Source: an uncultured Thermoleophilia bacterium (GTDB taxonomy: Bacteria; Actinomycetota; Thermoleophilia; UBA2241). Taken from it: a stretch of DNA of 64,000 nucleotides. The notes beneath the pieces were generated by a model. That model was given only the letters and a program-made list of their open reading frames with translations. It was not told the origin of the DNA and ran no database searches. The position numbers and the translations under genes are program-made. Location of the stretch: positions 38,656 to 102,655 of the forward strand of contig CAWBRS010000010.1 in assembly GCA_963791345.1 (NCBI GenBank). The letters run 5' to 3'. Every line of letters begins with the position of its first letter. Within the stretch, counting starts at the first letter, position 1. Of the stretch, positions 13,081 through 21,726 are shown piece by piece.

Positions 13081-13125
13081 TTGACACACCGGCGCCCGGG
13101 CCTATGATGTGTGCGACTTTGTGCG
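13081..13125 (+). promoter_or_regulatory. Sigma-70-like promoter (TTGACA-16-TATGAT) followed by a direct-repeat operator TGTGCG-N4-TGTGCG, for deoR copy 1
   Basis: TTGACA 13081-86 and TATGAT 13103-08. TGTGCG sits at 13110-15 and 13120-25 (10-bp phasing). The same arrangement occurs almost base-for-base at 28320-28364. Confidence 0.6.
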
Positions 13126-13157
13126 CTTTGCCGATTCCGGATGGAGGCCAGCCGGTC

Positions 13158-13952
13158 GTGCCCCCGCAGGACGTGCCCGAGCTCCACGAGATGATCCCGG
13201 CGCAGCGGCGCGCCCGCATCTCGGAGCTGCTGCAGGAGCGGCGGGCCGTCCGCGTCTCCTCCCTCAGCCAGGACCTCGGCGTCTCCGAGATGACGATCCG
13301 CCGCGATCTCGAGCGCCTCGAGGGCGAGGGTGTGCTCATGCGCACGCACGGTGGGGCCGCGCTCAGGCGGCACATGGTCGAAGAACCCTTCTACCTCGAC
13401 CGTGTGTCGGCCAACGCCGAGCAGAAGCGCCGCATCGCGGAGAGTGCCGCCGCGCTGATCCAGCCCGGTGAGAGCGTGTTCCTGAGCTCGGGCACGACGG
13501 CGGCGCAGGTGCTCCGCCACGTCGACCCCACCCTCGAGGCGCGCGTCATCACCCACAACGTCGGCGCCCTCGCCGAGGCTCAGGGGCTGCGGCTCGAGCT
13601 CATCTGCGTGGGCGGCCGCTATCGGCCGCGCGCGAACGCCGTCGACGGCCCCCTGGGCGTCGCCGAGATCGGCCGCTTCCACGCCAGCCGCATGTTGCTG
13701 GGGGTCGACGGACTCGACCTCGAGGAGGGTCTGACCACCCCGACCGTCGGCATGGCCGCCATGGAGCGCGCGATGATCGCCCAGACCCGGGGTGAGGTCG
13801 TCGTGCTCGCCGATCGCAGTAAGATCGGGGTGGTGGCCGATGTCGTCATCTGCGGGTTCGACCAGGTCGACGCCGTCATGCTCGACGACGGTGTCGACGA
13901 AGCCGTGCGCGACGAGCTGACGTCGATGGGCGTCCGCTGCATCGTGGTGTGA
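13158..13952 (+). CDS. DeoR family transcriptional regulator (copy 1)
   Basis: The GTG start lies 10 nt after GGAGG, and both are conserved in copy 2. HTH is ERRAVRVSSLSQDLGVSEMTIRRDLERLEGEGVLMRTHGGA, with a DeoR C-terminal sugar-phosphate sensor domain. The track ATG 13104 lies inside the -10 box and is unlikely to be used. Confidence 0.85.
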   Translation: MPPQDVPELHEMIPAQRRARISELLQERRAVRVSSLSQDLGVSEMTIRRDLERLEGEGVLMRTHGGAALRRHMVEEPFYLDRVSANAEQKRRIAESAAALIQPGESVFLSSGTTAAQVLRHVDPTLEARVITHNVGALAEAQGLRLELICVGGRYRPRANAVDGPLGVAEIGRFHASRMLLGVDGLDLEEGLTTPTVGMAAMERAMIAQTRGEVVVLADRSKIGVVADVVICGFDQVDAVMLDDGVDEAVRDELTSMGVRCIVV

Positions 13953-13998
13953 GCGGTCGGCGCCCGCAGGGCAGGCCGCGCCGCGGGGGGAGGATACC

Positions 13999-15207
13999 TT
14001 GGACGTGAGCGAGGCCAACCGGCTCTTCGAAGTCGCCGAGCGTCTGGCGGCGGACGCCGGCGCCCTCCGGCGGGCGCTGGAGATCGAGTTCCTCAGCTCC
14101 CAGCTTGCCGAGGTGGTGGCGAGCGACTACGACCTCGGCGAGATCGACCGCGTCGAGCAGATCCTCGGCGGGTTCGAGAACCTGAGCTTCGCCGTCTGCA
14201 CGCGCGCCGACGCCGGCGAGCGGCGCCATTTCGTGCGCAAGTACAAGTACGGGACCGTCGAGCGCGAGATCCGCTACGAGCACGCGCTCGTGCGCCACAT
14301 CAGGGGCAAGGGCTTCGATCTCGCGGCGGAGGTGCTGGAGACGCGGCACGGCGACACCGTCGTGACCCGCGAGGAGCTGCGCGACGGGGAGCGGGTCACG
14401 CGCTACTTCGCCGTGTACGAGATGCTCGGCGGCGAGGACACGTACAGCTGGGTCAAGAACCGCCTGAGCGACGCCGAGTTCGAAGAGGGCGCCCGCGTCC
14501 TCGCCCGGTTCCACTACGCGGCGCACGATTTCGACCCCGGCGAGCTCGTGCGCGAGCAGCCGCCCATCATGGAGTTCCTCGCGACGCTCCCCGACACGTT
14601 CCGCGGGCTGGCCGCACGGTCGACCGGCACGAAGTACGACGCGTTCTTCGTCGCCAGGCTGCCCCGCATCCTGGAGGCGATCGAGCGCGGTCTTGCCCTC
14701 GCACCCGAGCTCGAGGGGCTACCGCGCTGCCCGGTCTTCTGCGATTACCACCCCGGCAACCTCAAGTGGCGCGACGAGAAGGCGGTGGGCCTCTTCGACT
14801 TCGACTGGGCCAAGCTCGACTACCGCCTCTTCGACGTCGCCGTCGGTCTCGTGTACTTCTGCAGCTCCTGGGAGGGCCGCGACGACGGCGAGATGCGACT
14901 CGACAAGATGCGGCTCTTCATCGACGCCTATCAGGACGAGGCGGCGCGCCTCGGCACCCCCGGACCGATGGGGGCCGGCGAGCTGGCGGCGCTGCCGCGC
15001 ATGGTGGCGATCGCCGCTCTCTACGTCGTGAACTGGGACATCGTTGCCTACTACAAGGAGCGACGGCCGAACGACGACGAGTACCTGTTCTTCCTCGAGC
15101 ACAACGTGGCCTTCGTGGAGTACATCGAGGACCACCTCGACGAGGTCGCCGCCATTGCCGCAGCCGCCACCCGTGCCCCTCGAGGTCGCGGGGGAGAGGG
15201 AGCGTGA
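13999..15207 (+). CDS. Phosphotransferase of the APH/homoserine-kinase-II-like kinase family
   Basis: 402 aa with a TTG start after GGGGGGAGGA (alternative GTG 14005). The catalytic loop/DFD region is FCDYHPGNLKW...GLFDFDWAKLDYRLFDVA. Confidence 0.7.
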   Translation: MDVSEANRLFEVAERLAADAGALRRALEIEFLSSQLAEVVASDYDLGEIDRVEQILGGFENLSFAVCTRADAGERRHFVRKYKYGTVEREIRYEHALVRHIRGKGFDLAAEVLETRHGDTVVTREELRDGERVTRYFAVYEMLGGEDTYSWVKNRLSDAEFEEGARVLARFHYAAHDFDPGELVREQPPIMEFLATLPDTFRGLAARSTGTKYDAFFVARLPRILEAIERGLALAPELEGLPRCPVFCDYHPGNLKWRDEKAVGLFDFDWAKLDYRLFDVAVGLVYFCSSWEGRDDGEMRLDKMRLFIDAYQDEAARLGTPGPMGAGELAALPRMVAIAALYVVNWDIVAYYKERRPNDDEYLFFLEHNVAFVEYIEDHLDEVAAIAAAATRAPRGRGGEGA

Positions 15208-15211
15208 CGAG

Positions 15212-16666
15212 ATGAAGTTCGTGGAGCTGCTCACCGACGCCCAAGTGACGCGCACGCACGAGGCCTCGCTCGAGGTGCTCGAGCGCGCCGGCATCCTCGT
15301 CCACAACGAGGCGGCGCGCGAGGTCCTCCGCGGGCACGGCTGCCGGGTCGACGGTCAGACCGGGCTCGTGCGCCTGCCCGCCGACGTGGTGGAGCGCGAG
15401 CGCGCCAAGGCGCCGGCGAGCTTCACCTTCCGCGGCCGCGACCCGCGCTTCGACCGCACGATCCCCGACGACGGCCCCATCGTCGTGACCGGCTCCTCGG
15501 CGCCCAACATCGTCGACCCGGCCACCGCGGTCGAGCGCCGCGCCACCTCGGGCGACATCGCCGCGATCGCCTACCTGGTCAACGAGCTGCCCGGCTTCGA
15601 CGTGTTCAGCATCTCGACGCTGGCCGACGACGCGCCTGCCGGTCAGCTCAGCCTGAGCCGCTTCTACCCGGCGCTCAAGAACTGCCTCAAACCGGTGCGC
15701 AGCAACACGCCGACCATGGACGACCTGTACCAGGTCGTCGAGCTCGGCGAGCTCATCGCCGGCGGCCCCGAGGCCTACCGGGAGCGGCCGCTCATCAACC
15801 ACCACTACTGCCCGATGGTGAGCCCGCTCACGATGGACGTCGAGTCCACCGAGGCGGTCATGTGGCTCACCGAGAAGGGCCTGCCCGTCTACACCACCGT
15901 CGTGCCGAACGCCGGCCTCACCGCGCCCATGACGCTGCTCGGCTGCCTCGTCGTCGGCAACGCGGAGTTTCTCGCTGTCACCGCCTTCCAGCAGATGGTC
16001 CGCGAGGGCACGCCGGTGATCTACGCGAGCCTGCCCACGGTCGCCGACATGCGCACCGGCGCCTACGCCCCGGGGGCGATCGAGACGGGCACACTGATCG
16101 CCGCGCAGGCGCAGCTCGCGCGGTTCTACAACGTGCCCTCGGGCGGCTACGTCGGCCTCACCAACGCGCACGCCAACGACGCCCAGTCGGGCTTCGAGAC
16201 CGGCATGAACACGGTGCTCGCCGTCTCGGCCGGGGCCACGCTGCTCAACATGGGCGGCCTCCTGAGCTCGCTCATGGCCTTCGACTTCGCCAAGTGCGTG
16301 ATCGACAACGAGATCGCCCTCATGGACAAGCGGGTGTGGCGTGGGCTCGAGTTCAGCGAGGAGAACCTCGCCGTCGACGAGATCATCGGGGCCGGACCGG
16401 GCGGCAGCTACATGAGCCGCAAGCACACCTCGGCGCGCATGAAGACGACGGCCGTGCTGCCGCGGCTCGCGGCCCGCGACATGCGCGCCCAGTGGGAGCA
16501 GGCGGGGCGCCCCGACATCCACGGGCGGGCCGCGGCCGAGGCGCGGCGCATCCTCTCACGGCCGAACCCCGTCGTCTGGGGCGAGGAGCTCGACCGCCGC
16601 ATCCGCGACCGCTTCCCCGGGCTCGTGGCCGGCGACGTCGTGGTGCCGGAGGCGGCGGGCGTGTAG
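15212..16666 (+). CDS. MttB-superfamily (trimethylamine methyltransferase family, COG5598) methyltransferase, non-pyrrolysine member
   Basis: ATG 15212, 484 aa. It has the typical family opening LTDAQVTRTHEASLEVLERAGILVHNEAAREVLRGHGCRVD..VRLPADVVERERAKAPASFTFRGRDP. The ORF is uninterrupted with no internal TAG. Ends in TAG. Confidence 0.8.
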   Translation: MKFVELLTDAQVTRTHEASLEVLERAGILVHNEAAREVLRGHGCRVDGQTGLVRLPADVVERERAKAPASFTFRGRDPRFDRTIPDDGPIVVTGSSAPNIVDPATAVERRATSGDIAAIAYLVNELPGFDVFSISTLADDAPAGQLSLSRFYPALKNCLKPVRSNTPTMDDLYQVVELGELIAGGPEAYRERPLINHHYCPMVSPLTMDVESTEAVMWLTEKGLPVYTTVVPNAGLTAPMTLLGCLVVGNAEFLAVTAFQQMVREGTPVIYASLPTVADMRTGAYAPGAIETGTLIAAQAQLARFYNVPSGGYVGLTNAHANDAQSGFETGMNTVLAVSAGATLLNMGGLLSSLMAFDFAKCVIDNEIALMDKRVWRGLEFSEENLAVDEIIGAGPGGSYMSRKHTSARMKTTAVLPRLAARDMRAQWEQAGRPDIHGRAAAEARRILSRPNPVVWGEELDRRIRDRFPGLVAGDVVVPEAAGV

Positions 16667-16761
16667 GCGAGCGGGCGCGCGGGTCGACACCGCGACGCAG
16701 CCGAGGTCCGGCCGGGCCGGACCATGACGACGGTAAACAGACGGACCCAAAGGGGGACCTG

Positions 16762-17409
16762 ATGGCGGACACAGAGATCTTCGCGAAGCTCAAGCAGGCC
16801 GTGATCGACCAGGACGAGGACGCTGTGCTGGCCGCGGTCGACGAGGCCCTCGCCGGCGGCGTCGAAGCCAAGGCGGTCATCGACCAGGGGCTCCTGCCGG
16901 GCCTCAACGTCATCGGCGAGCAGTTCGAGTGCGAGGACATCTTCCTGCCCGAGCTCATGCAGGCGGCGCTGGCCTTCCAGTCGGCGATGGTCATCCTCGA
17001 GCCGAAGATCAAGGAGAGCGGGGCGGAGGGCCCCAAGAAGGGCAAGGTCGTGCTCGGCACCGTCAAAGGCGACCTGCACTCCATCGGCAAGAACATCCTG
17101 AAGCTCCTCTACGAGACCTCGGGCTTCGAGGTCTGGGACCTCGGCATCGACGTCGACCTGTTCCAGTTCGTCGACAAGGCGAAGGAGGTCGACGCCGACA
17201 TCATCGCCATGTCGGCCTTGCTGACGACGACCCTGGTCGGGCAGAAGGACCTCATCGAGGCGCTCACGGACCAGGGCACGCGCGACCGGTACAAGGTGCT
17301 GATCGGCGGCGGCGCGACAACGAAGGAGTGGGCCGACACGATCGGCGCCGACGGCTGGGCGGCGAGCGCCTACGAGGCCGTGACCCTGTCCGCGACGCTG
17401 GTCGCCTGA
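16762..17409 (+). CDS. Corrinoid (cobalamin-binding) methyl-carrier protein, MttC/MtbC/MtgC-like
   Basis: 215 aa with an N-terminal helical cap (IFAKLKQAVIDQDEDAVLAAVDEAL..G). The B12-binding domain has the DxHxxG motif (GDLHSIGKN) and MSALLTTT. Confidence 0.9.
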   Translation: MADTEIFAKLKQAVIDQDEDAVLAAVDEALAGGVEAKAVIDQGLLPGLNVIGEQFECEDIFLPELMQAALAFQSAMVILEPKIKESGAEGPKKGKVVLGTVKGDLHSIGKNILKLLYETSGFEVWDLGIDVDLFQFVDKAKEVDADIIAMSALLTTTLVGQKDLIEALTDQGTRDRYKVLIGGGATTKEWADTIGADGWAASAYEAVTLSATLVA

Positions 17410-17449
17410 GGCGGCGGTCCGCGATCCCCACGATCACGAGGAGCACGAG

Positions 17450-18832
17450 ATGATCGACCTTATCGAGGTCTTCGAGCGCGCCGAGAGCGGCCCGCTCACC
17501 TCCGAGACCGACTACTACATGAAGCGTTACGTCCCCAAGCTCAGCGAGGTGATCGCGCGCCACAAGGTCAAGTGGGACAAAGCGACCATCATCAACACCG
17601 ACGACGCGCTCACCGACGCGGTCTTCGAGGCGGCCGTCGACCTGATCGCCGAGGCCGGCGCGTACTGCCCCGAGACCAACCGCGTCATGCAGTTCACCCG
17701 GGACGAGATCGTCACCGCCTGCGCGCAGTGCCCGAAGGCGGCCACGTTCGGCGAGGGCCGTGAGCGCAAGACGATGTACGGTCGCCGCCCCGACACCACG
17801 GACGACCGCCCGTGGGTGCACGTCGGCGGCGGCATCTACACGACCGACGAGCAGGTCTACGTGGACACCGTCGAGAAGATGGCGTCCTTCGACATCGTCG
17901 ACTCGGTGAGCGTGCCCTCGATCCTGCACCTGCGTGGCAAGGACGCGCGCGTACGTTCGCCGCAGGAGATCCTCGTGGCCTGCAAGACGGTGCGCCTGGC
18001 GCGCGAGGGCATCCGCCGCTCGGGGCGCGCCGGCCTGCCGATCATCAACGGCATCTCGGCCGCCTCACAGCCGGCCTCGATGTTCGCCGCGAGCTACCCC
18101 GATTTCGGTCTGCGTCCGAGCGACGGCTTCCTCATCGACTTCCTCAGCGAGATGGTCGTCGGCTACGAGGCCCTGCAGAAGGTCGCCTTCTACAACAGCA
18201 TCAGCGCCAACATCGGCTCGACCTCGACGCCGCTCTTCGGCGGCTACGCCGGCGGCGCCGAGGGCATCGCCGTGCAGGCGACCGCCTACATGATCATGGG
18301 CACGCTGATCTTCCGCGGCAGCTACCACTACAACGCCCCGCTGCACAGCAAGCTGCACCTGAGCTCGACCAGGCCCCTCATCTGGGCGATCGCCATGTCC
18401 AACGCCGCCGTCGGCCGCAACATGGGCTACCCGATGGTCAACCTTCCCTACCTCGGCGGCGGCTCGGGCACGAAGCAGTACCACTACGAAATGGCGTGCT
18501 ATATGCTCGCCGTTGTGACATCGGGTGGAAACGTCTTCTCGGGGCATCCGGCCATGGCCGTCCAGGCGGACTCGCTCGTGCCCGACGACCACAAGTTCCA
18601 CGCCGAGATCGGCCTCGCCGCCGCGAAGCTCACGCGCGCCCAGGCCGAGCCGCTCGCGCAGAAGCTCTTCCCGCTGTTCGGCGACAAGCTCAAGGACCCG
18701 GACAAGGGCCTCACGTTCCAGGAGGTCTACGACATGAAGACCAAGCGGATCGCCAGCGCCGACTACCAGACGGCGATGGACGAGGTCCGCAGCGAGCTGG
18801 CCGACATGGGTCTCGAGGTGCCGGTCTCGTGA
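17450..18832 (+). CDS. MtmB-superfamily (monomethylamine methyltransferase family) protein, non-pyrrolysine member
   Basis: 460 aa, similar in length to archaeal MtmB (~458 aa) and collinear with it as I recall the sequence. Examples are PLFGGYAGGAEGIAVQATAYMIMG versus PIFGGYAGGIEETTIVDVATHINA, and the C-terminus GLTFQEVYDMKT..DEVRSELADMGLEV versus GKTFQECYDVKT..GARKKLEDLGLVF. The region equivalent to the Pyl site reads RAGLPIINGISAASQ with no TAG. Confidence 0.8.
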   Translation: MIDLIEVFERAESGPLTSETDYYMKRYVPKLSEVIARHKVKWDKATIINTDDALTDAVFEAAVDLIAEAGAYCPETNRVMQFTRDEIVTACAQCPKAATFGEGRERKTMYGRRPDTTDDRPWVHVGGGIYTTDEQVYVDTVEKMASFDIVDSVSVPSILHLRGKDARVRSPQEILVACKTVRLAREGIRRSGRAGLPIINGISAASQPASMFAASYPDFGLRPSDGFLIDFLSEMVVGYEALQKVAFYNSISANIGSTSTPLFGGYAGGAEGIAVQATAYMIMGTLIFRGSYHYNAPLHSKLHLSSTRPLIWAIAMSNAAVGRNMGYPMVNLPYLGGGSGTKQYHYEMACYMLAVVTSGGNVFSGHPAMAVQADSLVPDDHKFHAEIGLAAAKLTRAQAEPLAQKLFPLFGDKLKDPDKGLTFQEVYDMKTKRIASADYQTAMDEVRSELADMGLEVPVS

Positions 18833-19740
18833 CGGGACTCACTCCCGAGGCGGCGATCGCCCGCATCGACGACTGGCGCGGCAAGGCCGTCGACTGGCAG
18901 GAGATCGGCGGCGGCATCACCAACCACAACTACCTGATCACCGTCGACGAGGGCCGGGGCGGCAAGTACGTGCTGCGCATACCCGGCGCCGGCACCGACA
19001 CGTTCATCGACCGCGGCCGCGAGCTCGGCAATCACGAGTCGACGGCCGCGGCCGGCGTCTCGCCGCCGCTGCTGCACGTGCTCGAGCCCGAGAAGTGCAC
19101 GGTCGTGCCGTTCATCCAGGGTGAGACGATGCACCCCGAGACGCTCGCCGGCCACCCTGACCGGCTCGAGAAGGTGGTCGACGTCATCAGGACCTACCAC
19201 GACAGGGCCACCTTCTCCAACGACACGAGCGTCTTCCCGATGATCCGCCGGTACTTGCAGATGGCCGCCGAGGTGAAGGCGTGGTTTCCGCCCGACTGGC
19301 CGCGCCTCATGGCCGTCGGCGCCGAGATCGAGGCAGCGATGGGGCGCGCCGCGCCGCGCCCCGTCGCCTGCCACAACGACCTGCTCTCCGAGAACTTCAT
19401 CCTCGACGGCGACGGCCGGATGTGGCTCATCGACTGGGAGTACGGCGGCGTGAACGACCCGTACTTCGACCTCGGTGACTTCTGCGTCGAGCACCCGCTC
19501 TCGCGCGACGAGGAGCGCCTCATCATCACCAGATACTGCGGCGAGATGCAGGAGCACCGTTTCCACCGCATGCTCCTGCACAAGATCGTCGCCGACCTGT
19601 GGTGGAGCATCTGGGCGTTCATCCAGGAGCGGGTGTCACGGCTCGACTTCGACTACCGCGCGTACGGCACCGCGCGCCTCGACCGTCTGCGCGGCAACGC
19701 CGCCGACCCGGAGTACCCCACGTGGCTCGCCACGGTGTAG
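18829..19740 (+). CDS. Choline/ethanolamine kinase family protein (copy 1)
   Basis: GTG 18829 overlaps the mtmB-like stop (GTGA). It has the Brenner motif ACHNDLLSENFI and a complete choline-kinase signature LIDWEYGGVNDPYFDLGDFCVE. Ends in TAG. Confidence 0.85.
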   Translation: MTGLTPEAAIARIDDWRGKAVDWQEIGGGITNHNYLITVDEGRGGKYVLRIPGAGTDTFIDRGRELGNHESTAAAGVSPPLLHVLEPEKCTVVPFIQGETMHPETLAGHPDRLEKVVDVIRTYHDRATFSNDTSVFPMIRRYLQMAAEVKAWFPPDWPRLMAVGAEIEAAMGRAAPRPVACHNDLLSENFILDGDGRMWLIDWEYGGVNDPYFDLGDFCVEHPLSRDEERLIITRYCGEMQEHRFHRMLLHKIVADLWWSIWAFIQERVSRLDFDYRAYGTARLDRLRGNAADPEYPTWLATV

Positions 19741-19816
19741 GCGGGCGCCCGCACGGGCGCCCCGGAAGGTGCGCCGGCCGTTCTTGGGCGGCCGCGACAC
19801 GGATCGGGAGAAGCAC

Positions 19817-20629
19817 ATGAGCGACGAGGCCACTCACCCAGCCGGCCAGGTCGGCGACGAGGTCGGCGTCGGCACCCCCGACCCCGACCTCGCCAAGGTC
19901 TTCGAGGACGAGGCGTTGCGCGTGGTCGAGGCCGGCGACGCCCAGGGCGTCACCCTGCGCGTCATCGGCGCCCTGGCCTTCCACCACCACTGCCCGGAGT
20001 TCGCCTTCATGCAGGCGAAGTTCAACCGCGTCTACACCGACATCGACTTCGCCGGCTACGGCAAGCAGGACCGCGCGATCCGCGCGCTGTTCGTGTCCCT
20101 CGGCTACGACGAGGATCTGGAGATCAACGCCTTCCACGCCGAGGGCGGCCGCCTCATCTTCAACCACCCCGGCAAGCAGATCCACGTCGACGTGTTCATG
20201 GACCGCCTCTACTTCTGCCACGAGATCCCCTGGAAGGGGAGGCTCGAGGTCGACTCGCCCACCATCCCGCTGGCCGAGCTGCTGCTCGAGAAGATGCAGA
20301 TCGTGAAGATCAACGAGAAGGACATCATCGACACGATCATGCTCCTGCGCGAGCACGAGATCGGCGCCGACGACGAGGAGCACATCAACTCGGCGCGCGT
20401 GTCCAAGCTGTGCGCCGGGGAGTGGGGCCTCTGGCGCACGACGACCATGAACCTCGACAAAGTGCGGGAGTACCTCCCCCATCTCGACCTGGACGAGGAG
20501 GACAAGAGGGTGGTGTCGCAACGCGTGGCCGAGCTGTTGAGCGCGATGGACGACTACCCCAAGGGCACCAAGTGGAAGCTGCGCGCCAGGGTGGGCGACA
20601 AGAAACGCTGGTACAACGAGATCGACTGA
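19817..20629 (+). CDS. Conserved hypothetical protein, possible Pol-beta-type nucleotidyltransferase fold (copy 1)
   Basis: 270 aa. LRVIGALAFHHH...RVYTDIDFAGY resembles the G-x(n)-DxD nucleotidyltransferase core. It is paralogous to 27464..28279. The function is not recognised. Confidence 0.5.
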   Translation: MSDEATHPAGQVGDEVGVGTPDPDLAKVFEDEALRVVEAGDAQGVTLRVIGALAFHHHCPEFAFMQAKFNRVYTDIDFAGYGKQDRAIRALFVSLGYDEDLEINAFHAEGGRLIFNHPGKQIHVDVFMDRLYFCHEIPWKGRLEVDSPTIPLAELLLEKMQIVKINEKDIIDTIMLLREHEIGADDEEHINSARVSKLCAGEWGLWRTTTMNLDKVREYLPHLDLDEEDKRVVSQRVAELLSAMDDYPKGTKWKLRARVGDKKRWYNEID

Positions 20630-20656
20630 AGGGTCCACCGGAGAGGCGGCAGGTAC

Positions 20657-21658
20657 ATGGCATTCTGGAAGAAGAAGGACGGCGGTGACGGCAAGCGCGT
20701 CCGCTTGTTCTACGCGACCGACATCCACGGCTCCGAACGCACGTACCGCAAGTTCATCAACGCCGCCAAGTTCTACAAGGTCGACCACGTGGTCATGGGC
20801 GGCGACATCATGGGCAAGTTCCTCATCCCGATCGTCGACGAGGGCGGCGGGCGCCACCGCGTCACGCTCCAGGAGGATCTCACCCATGTCGAGGGCGATC
20901 AGGCTCTCGGCGAGCTCAAGGAGCGCATCGAGACGCTCGGCTTCTACCACGTGACCGTGACCGAGGACGAGCTGCGCGAGATGCAGAGCGACCAGAAGAA
21001 CATCGACGAGGCTTTCCGGCGCGAGGCGCACGCCCGGCTCGAGCGGTGGATCGCCTTCGCCGACGAGCGCCTGGACGGAACGGGGGTGAAGTGCTATGTG
21101 ACGGGCGGCAACGACGACCCGCAGGACCTGCTCGATCTGCTCGACGCGGCGCAGAGCGAGCACGTCGTGAACTGCGAGGAGAAGGTCGTCCTCCTCGAGG
21201 ACCAGTACCCCATGGCGAACTGCGGCTACAGCAACCCGACGCCGTGGAAGACGCCGAGGGAGACCGACGAGGAGACCCTGGAGCAGTTGCTCGAGAAGTC
21301 GGTGGAGGGCATCGACGATTTCACCAGCGCCATCTTCAACATGCACGTCCCTCCGTACGATTCCACGCTCGACGACTGCCCCAAGCTGGACTGGTCGACC
21401 GACCCGCCGATGCCGGTCGTCATCGCCGGCGTGCCGCAGAGCGCTCCGGCGGGCAGCACGGCGGTGCGCAAGGTCGTCGAGAAGTACCAGCCGCTCGTGC
21501 AGCTCACGGGGCACATCCACGAGTCCCGCGGTCTCGTCAAGGTCGGACGCACGACGGTGATCAACCCCGGCAGCGAGTACGGAGAGGGCATCCTGCGCGG
21601 CTGCATCTTCACGCTCGAGCCGGGTAAGGTGGTCGGCTACCAGATGACCTCGGGGTGA
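20657..21658 (+). CDS. Calcineurin-like metallophosphoesterase (copy 1)
   Basis: 333 aa with motifs ATDIHGS, GGDIMGK, GGNDD and GHIHES. Confidence 0.85.
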   Translation: MAFWKKKDGGDGKRVRLFYATDIHGSERTYRKFINAAKFYKVDHVVMGGDIMGKFLIPIVDEGGGRHRVTLQEDLTHVEGDQALGELKERIETLGFYHVTVTEDELREMQSDQKNIDEAFRREAHARLERWIAFADERLDGTGVKCYVTGGNDDPQDLLDLLDAAQSEHVVNCEEKVVLLEDQYPMANCGYSNPTPWKTPRETDEETLEQLLEKSVEGIDDFTSAIFNMHVPPYDSTLDDCPKLDWSTDPPMPVVIAGVPQSAPAGSTAVRKVVEKYQPLVQLTGHIHESRGLVKVGRTTVINPGSEYGEGILRGCIFTLEPGKVVGYQMTSG

Positions 21659-21726
21659 CGACGCGGGGGGCCGCGGTCGCCGGGGATCCGGGAGTCGAGA
21701 GAGTCAACCGGAACTGGGGGTAACGC

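Noticed and set aside
13104-13157. Track start codons ATG 13104 and ATG 28348 for the two DeoR genes.
   Set aside because: ATG 13104 lies inside the predicted -10 hexamer, and ATG 28348 lies immediately after it, inside the operator repeats. A conserved GGAGG plus 10 nt plus GTG lies downstream in both copies.
14918-16522. Long antisense or alternative-frame ORFs across the window, e.g. 14918..16522(-), 19619..21520(-), 23481..25526(-), 29114..30706(-), 30345..33032(-), 36269..37912(-), 51643..53910(-), 55993..57609(+) and 44804..46033(-).
   Set aside because: Their translations are Arg/Gly/Ala/Pro-rich and low in complexity, with no recognisable motifs. They lie opposite ORFs with clear family signatures. 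This is the typical high-GC shadow-ORF artefact.
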